Source: an uncultured Chthonomonadaceae bacterium
GTDB taxonomy: Bacteria > Armatimonadota > Chthonomonadetes > Chthonomonadales > Chthonomonadaceae
NCBI GenBank assembly: GCA_963835065.1
Contig: CAWIEK010000028.1
Coordinates: 1-47,796 of the forward strand
DNA length: 47,796 nucleotides
Reading direction: 5' to 3'
The position numbers were made by a program, and so were the translations under genes. Under the pieces are notes generated by a model. That model was not told where the DNA came from and did no database searches. It saw nothing but the letters and a program-made list of their open reading frames with translations. Positions 39,304 to 47,796 of this stretch are shown here, piece by piece (positions within the stretch are counted from its first letter, which is position 1; every line of letters begins with the position of its first letter).

Positions 39304-40503
39304 TCAGTGGAGGGAGTTTTGCAGCGCCTGCAAATCGGCTTCGGGCAAATGGCCGGTGTAAAGCAGGGTCAACTCGCCTTCGGGAACCGGTTCGCGCCAG
39401 GCCCAGCCGCCGGCAACGCGGCGCGGGCGCATTTGGCCGGGACGGAGCGGTTTGGCGGCGTTAGTGGGAGCCAGCGTCTCGAAGAGGCTGAAATGGTTGA
39501 CGCCGCTGGAATATCGCAGCAGCACCGATGCGCGATTGGCGCGGGCGTTTTCCCCGAACACCCACACGCCGTCCAGCGCATACCCCATCGGCAATTGCTT
39601 CGGCTCCCGGATGGCAAACGGAACCTGACTCCGCGCCTGTTCCACGTTCCCGAACATGGGCTGTCCTTCCGGGAAAATCGGGAACGTGTCCGCTTGCGGC
39701 AGGAAGCGCGGGTCAAACTTCGTCGCGTCGAGTGGCGTACCGACCGTAATGCTCTTCATGTACGTGGACGAAATTTGCCGTCCCACGCTGTTGTACAGGT
39801 CAATGCGCAGGCGAATGCCCGTTTCCTTGTCCAGGTACAGAACGCGCCGCGCTTCCCCCGTTGTGCCGCTGTTCAGCGCGGAAATCGTGACAATCGTGGC
39901 GCTTCGGCCCGCCACCATCTCTTCGCCCGTGATTTGAATACGGATACGCCCCGTTTTTACCAGACTGCGCAGCCGCCCGATTTTGTCGCCCTGATCTACA
40001 GGCCAATGCGCGGCAAACAACTGCCGGTCACGATTGTGAAATTGATAGGATTGGGTGGCGGCGGTCAGCAGAATATCGCCCTGCAGTGCGCCGGGGGAAA
40101 TGTACTCGCGCCGGGTTCGCCCGTTCGTGTCGCCCCAGATATTTTCTTCCGACGCCATGCCGCTCATGCTGACGTTGGACACTTCCACGCCCTCATAATT
40201 CATGCTCGGTCGCAGCATCTTTGCCAGCAAAGGCAGGGCATTGGCCTCCCGGTTTACGCCGCTCGCCCTGACACGAACGGGGATATTTACATTCGGGTTT
40301 GGGAGGCGTAGCGGGCGTAGCGGGGCAGTACGCGGCAAGCGCTGCTGGAACACGCCCCGCCGTTTCGCCAGGCGTTTTTGCTGCCACGCATGGGCAGACA
40401 AAGCGGGCAGGCTTACCAGCAAGCCGCCCGCGCAAACCGCCATCAGGCCCAACCCTATTCGCGCTGATTTTACGCGAGAACCAATCACAGCTTTAACTTC
40501 CAT
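39304..40503 (-). CDS. MucB/RseB-like sigma-E regulatory protein
   Basis: NYEGVEV, TRREYISP, EEMVAGR, LYLDKETGIRLR; third gene after the ECF sigma and anti-sigma genes. Confidence 0.75.
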   Translation of the reverse strand: MEVKAVIGSRVKSARIGLGLMAVCAGGLLVSLPALSAHAWQQKRLAKRRGVFQQRLPRTAPLRPLRLPNPNVNIPVRVRASGVNREANALPLLAKMLRPSMNYEGVEVSNVSMSGMASEENIWGDTNGRTRREYISPGALQGDILLTAATQSYQFHNRDRQLFAAHWPVDQGDKIGRLRSLVKTGRIRIQITGEEMVAGRSATIVTISALNSGTTGEARRVLYLDKETGIRLRIDLYNSVGRQISSTYMKSITVGTPLDATKFDPRFLPQADTFPIFPEGQPMFGNVEQARSQVPFAIREPKQLPMGYALDGVWVFGENARANRASVLLRYSSGVNHFSLFETLAPTNAAKPLRPGQMRPRRVAGGWAWREPVPEGELTLLYTGHLPEADLQALQNSLH

Positions 40504-41101
40504 TCGTTTCTTTGCCGTTGTCGGCGCTTTCCAGATATTCCGCCGCCACATCGCCAAGTGGGTCATTGGCGGTCAGGGCGACGTTACGCTGCAAACTTCC
40601 GTGGACCCCGGCGCTGGCATCCGCCGCGACAGGCGCGGGAGTAACGGCTATGGATTGCGTGGCAGGCGCGGTTGTTGATGCGGGCAGATGCGTGAAAACC
40701 GCAATCGCTGCCACGCCTGCTGCGGCCATACCCAGGCTGAAACCGGGCGCGCGCCGGGGACTCAAACTCCCGCGCAGGTTTGCAGCCATTTCCTGCATCT
40801 GCTCCGCAAGCGAACGCCGACGCGCCGGTTCCGGCTCCAGACCGTCCAAACGCGCATGGAGTTTCGCCATGAAGTCGTCGCCCGTATCCTGACGCTCCAC
40901 GCTGCGCAATAACTGTACGGTCGCCTGCATTTGCCGCGAAACTTCCGCGCAATCCGCGCAGCCGCGCAGATGTTTTTCCACTTCCCACACGTCACGGGCG
41001 GCAAGCGTGTTGTCCACATACGCCGAAAGCTGTTCGCGCATCCGCGAACAAACCCCATCGTCGGCAGCCTTGTTTGTAAAGAGGTTGGTTAAAAAGTTCA
41101 T
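40493..41101 (-). CDS. Zinc-binding anti-sigma factor (zf-HC2)
   Basis: C..MREQLSAYVD...HLRGCADC, followed by a TM helix. Confidence 0.88.
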   Translation of the reverse strand: MNFLTNLFTNKAADDGVCSRMREQLSAYVDNTLAARDVWEVEKHLRGCADCAEVSRQMQATVQLLRSVERQDTGDDFMAKLHARLDGLEPEPARRRSLAEQMQEMAANLRGSLSPRRAPGFSLGMAAAGVAAIAVFTHLPASTTAPATQSIAVTPAPVAADASAGVHGSLQRNVALTANDPLGDVAAEYLESADNGKETNGS

Positions 41102-41118
41102 GATCGTCTTACTTTGTC

Positions 41119-41189
41119 TAGATATTAGGCATTAGGCATTAGGCATTAGTGGATACATGTTCTTCTCTAATGCCTAATGCCTGATGCCT
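41119..41189. repeat. Inverted pair of (GGCATTA)n / (TAATGCC)n heptamer arrays
   Basis: attaggcattaggcattaggcattag ... ctaatgcctaatgcctgatgcc, between the sigma and anti-sigma genes. Confidence 0.8.
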
Positions 41190-41191
41190 TC

Positions 41192-41794
41192 CTACGCCGC
41201 CCCCTTCAAATAGGGCGATAACTTTGTTCGCAGGGCGTTGCGGGCGTTGAACAGGCGGGACTTCACGGTTCCCAACGGACAGGCCGTAATAGTGGCGATT
41301 TCATCATACGCCAAACCTTCGACATCATATAACAGGACGACGGCGCGCAGTTTTTCCGGTAACTCGCTCAGGGCGGCGTCCAACTGCGATCCCAGTTCTT
41401 TGTTTAAGAGCAGACGCTGCGGATCGAAGGCGGTATCGGGAATATCGCGCTGCGTTTCGTCTTCTTCGTCATTTTCCTGTGACAGCGAGGTGGTCATGCC
41501 CTGCTTGTTCTTGTTTTTGCGGCTGTAGTCAATGCACAGGTTGGTGGCGATGCGAAACAGCCACGTATTCAGGCTGGCGCGCGACTGAAACGAGTGTATG
41601 CTTAGATACGCGCGCACGAACGTTTCCTGCGTCAAGTCTTCGGCATCCGGGGCGCTCGGAACCATACGGCGCACGTAATTATACACCTTGCTTTTGTAGC
41701 GCAGGACGATTTCATTGAAAGCCGCCCGGTCATTGGCCTGAGCGCGCTGTACCAGCGCAAAGTCCGCCTGCATAATGTTCCCCACAGCAAACAT
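41192..41794 (-). CDS. ECF RNA polymerase sigma factor (RpoE/SigW-like)
   Basis: DAEDLTQETF, TWLFRIATN, YDEIA...GTVKSRLFNAR. Confidence 0.95.
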   Translation of the reverse strand: MFAVGNIMQADFALVQRAQANDRAAFNEIVLRYKSKVYNYVRRMVPSAPDAEDLTQETFVRAYLSIHSFQSRASLNTWLFRIATNLCIDYSRKNKNKQGMTTSLSQENDEEDETQRDIPDTAFDPQRLLLNKELGSQLDAALSELPEKLRAVVLLYDVEGLAYDEIATITACPLGTVKSRLFNARNALRTKLSPYLKGAA

Positions 41795-42004
41795 TCTATT
41801 CTCCGCTTACCGCAAGTATGATCTTGAATTGTTCGCCCGCTTATCAGTTCAGCGAAACAACGCTTCTACACTTGCAGACGCAGGACGCTTCCGAATGTTC
41901 ATTTTTCGCGGCGAGTTCGGAGAACTTTGTATCCTTCCCTAACTTATTGCGCGTTCTATGCGCGGACGCAAGCGATTACAAATTCAATCGTTTTCCATTC
42001 GCGT

Positions 42005-43078
42005 TTATTCGCGTTCATTCGCGGCTATTTCCATCTTCATTCGCTTCGCAACAGTATTATGCTGCGCGTTTGCCGCTTCGATTTGCGCATACGTGCCGAT
42101 TTGCAGTTCCAGGCTTTCGATGCGGGCGCGAACGGCGGACGATAATAGCGTATGGAGTTCCACATCGCGTACCCCTTCCCGTTGTAATGCGGCAGGCAGT
42201 GGGCGGGCGTGAGGGCTGCCGGGATGAAAATAAATTTCGTTCGTGTAGGCATGAAGGCGGTCCAGCAACGCCAGCATATAGGATTCGTGCATGTTGCCGG
42301 TCTGCAATTGCCCGTACACGCGCTCACAAAAAAACGCGGGCTTGCCGCCCAACGTTTTCCGCTCCCGCAGGACGCGCAAATTCCGCCGCCGCAGCAGCCG
42401 CAAAAACAGGGACGATATGGTATTCAGGCTAAAACCTTCAATGCGATTTTCGATTTTCGATTTTCGATTTTCGATTGAGCCTCTTCCGTCTTCCGTCTTC
42501 CGTCTTCCGTCTTCTCCTCTGTTCCCTGTTCCCTGTTCCCTGTTCCCTGTCTCCTTGTCTTCCCTCCCCTGCCTGAAGTGCGCCCTTGTGTCTTCGCGGG
42601 GAACGCGCAGGCAAAGGACGTTGTGAGCGTCGCATAAATCGAGCAGCGTGTCCCACACGGTCGGGTGCAGGTGAAAATGCTGGTGGCCGTCTACGTGTGA
42701 CCAGGGGAGGCCGAAGTGGGCAAAGCGGGTGAATTGCGCTTCCATTTCCCGCCGAAGCTGCGCCTGCGCACCGCGATTCCAAAAATAGCGCCATGCGACG
42801 GGAAACGGGTCTGCGCCGAACCGCCCCTGCGCGTTCACTAATAGAGGTATCTCGCGGGGGGGAAGTAGGGCGCGGTCATACGTGACGGTCAGGTGCAAGC
42901 CGACGCCGAGCGTAGGCGTTTGCCGCGCGATTTCAACCGCCTGTTCACAGGCCGGTTCCCCAACCATCAGGCTGGCGCTGGTCAGTACGCCTTCCAGGTG
43001 CGACCGTAAAATAGCGGCGTTCACTTCTTCCGAGTAACCGAAATCGTCCGCATTGAGGATAAGGTAGCGCATAAGCAT
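42005..43078 (-). CDS. YdjC/ChbG-family deacetylase (HpnK-like) with a repeat-derived insertion
   Basis: LILNADDFG, TSASLMV, GLHL, HVDGHQHFHLHP, EIYFHPG. Confidence 0.88.
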   Translation of the reverse strand: MLMRYLILNADDFGYSEEVNAAILRSHLEGVLTSASLMVGEPACEQAVEIARQTPTLGVGLHLTVTYDRALLPPREIPLLVNAQGRFGADPFPVAWRYFWNRGAQAQLRREMEAQFTRFAHFGLPWSHVDGHQHFHLHPTVWDTLLDLCDAHNVLCLRVPREDTRAHFRQGREDKETGNREQGTGNRGEDGRRKTEDGRGSIENRKSKIENRIEGFSLNTISSLFLRLLRRRNLRVLRERKTLGGKPAFFCERVYGQLQTGNMHESYMLALLDRLHAYTNEIYFHPGSPHARPLPAALQREGVRDVELHTLLSSAVRARIESLELQIGTYAQIEAANAQHNTVAKRMKMEIAANERE

Positions 43079-43093
43079 ACAAGTTATTCGCGT

Positions 43094-43420
43094 TTATTCG
43101 CGTTCATTCGCGGCTATTCCCAAATTCGCTATAGGAACCGCCGCGCCTTCGCCCACAACGGTTGTCCACTCTCGCACCCGCCATTGCGTGACGAGGCCAT
43201 TGAGGACATAAGGATCGGCGCGGGCAAAGTTTTCAGCCCCATCCGGCGAGGAACCCTGAAACACCAACAATGCGCCGTCAACAGGATTGGCAAACGCGCC
43301 GGCCAGCAGCAATTCCCCCCGCGCTACGGCTGCCTGCGCGTGGGCAAGATGCGCGGCGCGAAACGCCTGCCGCCGCTCCGCATAATCTTCTACAACTTCA
43401 TAAAACAACAGGTAGTGCAT
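43094..43420 (-). CDS. YciI-like protein
   Basis: RAAHLAH, LLLAGA, ADPYVLNGLV, VREW. Confidence 0.88.
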   Translation of the reverse strand: MHYLLFYEVVEDYAERRQAFRAAHLAHAQAAVARGELLLAGAFANPVDGALLVFQGSSPDGAENFARADPYVLNGLVTQWRVREWTTVVGEGAAVPIANLGIAANERE

Positions 43421-43428
43421 CAAACCCC

Positions 43429-44610
43429 TCACTTACTCGCCTGCCCGAACTGCTGGCGCGCCGCGTTTTGGAAGGCTCCACCACTCTGGTCGCCATTCTT
43501 GGGAAAGCCTGCGTGCTGAACCAGATAAATCAGAACCAGTCCGCGCTGCGTGTCAACCGTCATGTTGGTCGCGTATGCGCCGCCGTGTCCGAACCAATCC
43601 CCGCCAACCGCCCATCCCAATCCGTAGCCATCCGGCAGGTTTCCGGTTTGCTTGCGGGTCATTTCCTGCACGGACGCTTCCGACAGATAGCGCCTGCCGT
43701 CCAGTTCGCCTTTGTTGAGAACCATGCGGCAGAAGCGGGACAGGTCGGCGGCGGTAGAAAACAGGCCGCCCGCGGGCATGGGATAGCGCGAAGCATGGTC
43801 ACTGAGCGGGTACTTCAATTGCGTGACGGTAGTTTCTTCCAGATCGGTTTTGTCACCATTGGGCCGGTAGGATTTTGCCAGTCGTGCCACCTGCGCTTTG
43901 CTGGGCCAGAACGTCGTATCCTTCATGCCCAACGGATCGAACAAGCGCGTTTGCAGGAATTGCTCGTAGGGCATGCCGCTCAACACTTCGATCAATCTTC
44001 CCGCCGTGTTGATGCCCGCATTGGCGTACTGGTACTTCGCGCCCGGTTCGTATTGCAGCGGCGTCATGGCGTAGCTGCGAACGGCAATGGAAAGCGGCAA
44101 CCCGTCGAGCGTAGGATTTTCCATTGCGGACGAAAACGGCAGGCCGCTGGTATGGCTGAGAATTTCCCGGACAGTAATCGGGTGTGGAGGATGCTGAAGC
44201 CGCTGATGCGCTCCGTCCTGCTCCACGATCAGCCATTGCCCCCGAAACTCCGGCAGGTACTTTTCTACCGGGTCGTCCAGCTTCAGCTTGCCCTCATCCA
44301 CAAGCATCATCAGGCACGTGGCCGTAATCGGTTTGGACTGCGACGCGATCCAGAACAGCGCGTTGGGCTTCATCGGCTTACCCGCCGCAACATCCGCGTA
44401 CCCGACCGCTTCCACATCCAACACTTTGTCCTTGTCCGCCACCAGCGTCACCACCCCGGCAAGCGCATGGCTGTCCACAAACGGCTGAAGCGCGGCTTAA
44501 ATCGAGCGCGTTCCGGCTGTGGAAGAATTCTGAGCCGATTGCGCGGACGCGGACAGCGCTATCGAAAATAGCGGCAGCGCCAAAAGAAAACAGAAGAAAT
44601 TGTTTATCAT
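43429..44610 (-). CDS. Serine hydrolase (beta-lactamase class C-like); in-frame TAA at 44497-44499 separates the signal peptide
   Basis: FWIASQSKP (SxxK), LSHTSG, YQYAN, FGHGG; upstream in the same frame MINNFFCFLLALPLFSIALSASA...TRSI*AALQPFVD. Confidence 0.85.
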
Positions 44611-44642
44611 GGTGTTCTTGAAACTCATTCCCGATAAATACT

Positions 44643-45455
44643 TTAGGAGCGCAAGCCGCGTTCCTTCAGCAAAGCGTTTGCCCATAAGGCTTCTTCCGGC
44701 GTTAGCGGCGGAACGGGGTCTTGCGTATAGTTTACCTGACGCGCATACGCGCCTTCCTCGTAGTTGCGGTCAAAAACGGCCTGCATATCCAAAATAATGT
44801 CCGGTACGCCCTCGTCAAGCGGTACGGCGATACGAGGCAGGCGCTGCGACAGCAGTATAGGCCACACGTCACCATCCTGTTCCGCGAGTGATTGTCCCGC
44901 GCGATACAGGCAAATCAGATAATGCCATCGCGTGTCTCTTCCCAACACGCCGGGTGAAACGGCAACGGTAGGTTCGCCCGCACGCAGCAAGTCTATTTCG
45001 ATGAAATGGGTGCGGCTCGCCAGCAGTTCCCGCTGCTTTCGGCGGTACAGGCGGTTGCCTTTGCTGTTGGGCGCTTTGTTGGAGGGGCTGAGGACTTCAA
45101 TGGCTGTCACCACGCGACGCCCCTCGCGCGCATGGATGATTTCCAGCGCCGGTTCCCGTATTTCCAGTGGAGACAAGCGCGCTTTCAGGGCAGGATCGCT
45201 TTGCTGCATAACCACCACACTGCGCCGTTCGGGTGTGGTAGACGCCGGGGTTGGCTGCCGACGAACCATCAGGTCAGGAATCACATCCCGGCGCGGATTC
45301 ACAATGTAGCACCGCTCCTGAATACGCGCGGCATATTCGGGCGGCAGCAGATGGTTCAACTCGGCGCGCAGGCAGCCGATAAAACCGTCGTGAACATCCG
45401 GCCAGCCTATCGGGTCTTCCAAATACGGGTCCATTCCGAGAAACGGGCCGGGCAT
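44643..45455 (-). CDS. DUF4058 family protein
   Basis: MPGPFLGMDPYLE, VTAIEVLSPSNK, FIEIDLLR, LPRIAVPL. Confidence 0.85.
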   Translation of the reverse strand: MPGPFLGMDPYLEDPIGWPDVHDGFIGCLRAELNHLLPPEYAARIQERCYIVNPRRDVIPDLMVRRQPTPASTTPERRSVVVMQQSDPALKARLSPLEIREPALEIIHAREGRRVVTAIEVLSPSNKAPNSKGNRLYRRKQRELLASRTHFIEIDLLRAGEPTVAVSPGVLGRDTRWHYLICLYRAGQSLAEQDGDVWPILLSQRLPRIAVPLDEGVPDIILDMQAVFDRNYEEGAYARQVNYTQDPVPPLTPEEALWANALLKERGLRS

Positions 45456-45643
45456 AAAAGCGCCTCCAGACATAGAGATTAGGAACAGTGTCAATTTACA
45501 ATGCAACGCGCTTGATGAAACCTATGATACCTGCCAATCGTCTCGTCTGACAGCATACCCGCTTTGCACCCTTCCGAATCGCGACATTCCTGCAGCCTTC
45601 TTGCAGATTTAGTAATGGCGCGGACGGAGAAAGGCACGTTTCC

Positions 45644-46918
45644 ATGATTCACAGAAATAATACGAACACCGCGCGCTGCGCCGTTGCGCAAATTCTTGAA
45701 GCCGCTCGTTTCGCTTACGCTCCGCGTTTCCGGCGCTCTTCCCTGTCGGCGGGGGTGTCCGCGCTGGCGCTTGCCGCCGTTCTCACCATTGCGCCCCGGT
45801 CGGCGCGTGCCAATGACAGCATTTTCACGGATACGTTTGAAACGGATGCCAATACGTGGATGGGGTACGGACCTCATGCGCGCGTAGGCACGACCAACGA
45901 AGCGGGCAAAGTGAAAAACGGTAAAAGCGCCCTGTCGTTCAATTACCGCCTTGAGAACGGCGGCGCGGCGGTGGAAGCCGGCCAACTCCCGCTCGACGCG
46001 CTGGTACGCCCCATCCCGGACGGCCAACTGGCAAAAGCCCGCGCCCTGAGTTTTTGGGCGCGGACGGACGCCAACACGCCGCTTGCCGTGACACTGACCG
46101 AAAAGAACGGCGGCGGGCGCTACGTGGCCGTGATCTGGCTGCCCAAAAACCAGTGGCATCAGGTGGTTTTAGCCACCACGGATTTTGCGCTCACGGACGG
46201 CAAGGACGATCCCAAAGACCCTGACGGCAAACTGGACATGGATCAAATCGAAAGCGTCACCCTGCTTAATCTGTATGCGTATGCCGCTTTGAGCGTGAAA
46301 GACACGCCCGGTAACGCCGCGCTGTTCCCCTTCGTCACCGGCGAACATTCGCTGTGGATTGACGATTTCGCCGCCCTGACCACACTTCCCGCCCCCGATA
46401 AGCCGGAACCCACACTGCCCGACGAGAAAAGCGGGCTATGGCTCGAATCGCTGCGGCGCGACACGCTAACGTGGCTTCCGCTCGGCAATGTGGAAATGCA
46501 GGTGGATGCCAAAGCGCCTACCAAAGGCCGCGCCCTGCGCTTAGACTACACGCAGGAAAAGGGCAAGTTCGCCGCCCTCATCCACGATATGCACAACGTC
46601 AATTTAACCCCTTATAATCAACTTCAGTTCGACGTGGCTTCCACCAAAGCCACTAAACTGATCTTCGTGCTGGAAGAGAAAAACGGCGTGAAATACAGCG
46701 CCTTTGTAGATGTGCCCGCGGACAGCGCCGTCGCGCGCAAAGCCCTGTTTTTCGCTAACTTCACGCTGACCGACGACTCGCCCCCCGACCCAAAAGGCAA
46801 ACTGGACTTCTCGCAACTGAAAAACCTGACCATTGCCGACACCGCCGCCTTCACCGCCGAGCAGTCTCAGCAAAACACGCTCTGGATCGGCCCAATCCGC
46901 GCCTCGCAAAGCAAGTGA
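45644..46918 (+). CDS. Secreted protein with two tandem carbohydrate-binding (CBM11/CIA30-like) modules
   Basis: Signal peptide ending in ARA; internal duplication EKNGGGRY...DFAL...DPDGKLD versus EKNGVKY...NFTL...DPKGKLD. Confidence 0.65.
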   Translation: MIHRNNTNTARCAVAQILEAARFAYAPRFRRSSLSAGVSALALAAVLTIAPRSARANDSIFTDTFETDANTWMGYGPHARVGTTNEAGKVKNGKSALSFNYRLENGGAAVEAGQLPLDALVRPIPDGQLAKARALSFWARTDANTPLAVTLTEKNGGGRYVAVIWLPKNQWHQVVLATTDFALTDGKDDPKDPDGKLDMDQIESVTLLNLYAYAALSVKDTPGNAALFPFVTGEHSLWIDDFAALTTLPAPDKPEPTLPDEKSGLWLESLRRDTLTWLPLGNVEMQVDAKAPTKGRALRLDYTQEKGKFAALIHDMHNVNLTPYNQLQFDVASTKATKLIFVLEEKNGVKYSAFVDVPADSAVARKALFFANFTLTDDSPPDPKGKLDFSQLKNLTIADTAAFTAEQSQQNTLWIGPIRASQSK

Positions 46919-46961
46919 GCAGGGAGTAGGGTTCTAAGGTTTCAGGGTTTTAGGAACAATA

Positions 46962-47109
46962 CCGTTCAAATAAGAGTTCGTAGGGGCGAAATTTATTGCG
47001 CCCTCTCTCGGAATAGACATTTTGCGGGCGTGATGCGGTAGATTGCGGGCATGATGCGGTAGATTGCGGACGTGATGAATCACGCCCCTACGAACTCCTA
47101 TTTGAATGG
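46962..47109. repeat. REP-type element (GTAGGGGCG...CGCCCCTAC) with internal 21-bp tandem repeat
   Basis: 27-bp inverted arms (25/27); ttgcgggcRtgatgcggtaga about 2.7 times at 47022-47077. Confidence 0.8.
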
Positions 47110-47128
47110 CACTGGTTTTGGGACAGGG

Positions 47129-47770
47129 TCAATTCTCCGGGCGCAGCAGTTCCTCCGGGCGCGTCAGGTTTGCGTTCGCTTCTACAGGCCGCAGCAGCGT
47201 CGCGCCTGCGTTTGCGTTGCCCTGCGCATCCGCCGCGCGCAGCAGTTGCGCCGCATCGCCTTTATTGTGGCGCAGGATAGACTTGACGGCTTTCGCCGCA
47301 AGGGGCGATACGCGGGAGGTTTTCTCCTGCGCCAACTGCTGCAAGGCCGGCAAAGCGGATGGGTCGCCAATGTCATGTAAGGCGGCAATCACACGCGCCT
47401 TGCCGTCGTCCGACAGAAACGGCAGCGCGTCCAGCAATGGGGGTACAAAGGGGCTACACCAGTGGCTGCGCATCATGTCCACAACCGGCCAGAACACTTC
47501 GGAAGTTGCCGGGTCTTTGAGCATCTGCCATAGAATAGGGTGTGTATGCGAAGCCCGAAACAGAAACGTGTGCAGCTCACGCCGCAGCGTTTCCAGACGC
47601 GATATAAGCGGGCCGTCCCGCTCTAAAGCGATAATTTGCCTGATGGTTATTAGCATTTCGCAGAAAACTTCCCGCAGGTAATCGTCTGCGGCCAGTTTGG
47701 AACCTATTTTCAGGCAGTCGAACACGTAATCCAGCGGAACTATTTCGTCCGTCTGGTGTAGTTCCTGCAT
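47129..47770 (-). CDS. HEAT-repeat-like protein with triple-LLR C-terminal motif; may start outside the window
   Basis: ALHDIGDPSALPALQQL; ends QLLRAAD...TLLRPV...RPEELLRPEN*. Confidence 0.7.
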   Translation of the reverse strand: MQELHQTDEIVPLDYVFDCLKIGSKLAADDYLREVFCEMLITIRQIIALERDGPLISRLETLRRELHTFLFRASHTHPILWQMLKDPATSEVFWPVVDMMRSHWCSPFVPPLLDALPFLSDDGKARVIAALHDIGDPSALPALQQLAQEKTSRVSPLAAKAVKSILRHNKGDAAQLLRAADAQGNANAGATLLRPVEANANLTRPEELLRPEN

Positions 47771-47796
47771 GTTATGGCGCAGGCAGGCGCGCAGAC

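Noticed and set aside
28819..44610. Alternative genetic code suggested by in-frame TAG (29131) and TAA (44497)
   Set aside because: TAG and TAA end conserved genes at the expected positions (purB TAG, hsp20 TAA). ATT-TAA is easily ATT-AAA miscalled at a homopolymer boundary.
47022..47077. Possible CRISPR array
   Set aside because: The repeats are contiguous with no spacers, and there are no cas genes in the window.

Overview
GC-rich bacterial window, probably Armatimonadota (inferred from the prepilin/H-X9-DG protein, DUF4058 and overall gene mix). Housekeeping and metabolic genes: D-aminoacylase, purB, miaB, yvcK-rapZ, Hsp20, GH51, a LamG-DUF5695 protein, a GAF histidine kinase, Crp, HDOD, an ECF sigma/anti-sigma/RseB-like trio, an HpnK-like deacetylase and a serine hydrolase. 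An IS982 sits nested at the end of an IS630. Several genes are split by small indels, densest in the first 4.2 kb, which looks like long-read consensus error. Most interesting: (1) an RHS/YD protein whose propeptide ends in a double-glycine-type leader motif, directly downstream of a stand-alone membrane-anchored C39 peptidase gene; (2) several families of 7-bp tandem repeats inserted in frame into conserved proteins (MiaB, YvcK, HpnK, GH51, prepilin); (3) a dispersed 27-bp repeat that supplies the same C-terminus AANERE* to three unrelated proteins; (4) a tripartite LLR...LLRP...PE[EQ]LLR C-terminal motif in three genes; (5) a five-gene accessory cassette around a Cys-rich secreted protein. 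All calls come from reading motifs by eye; no database search was run.
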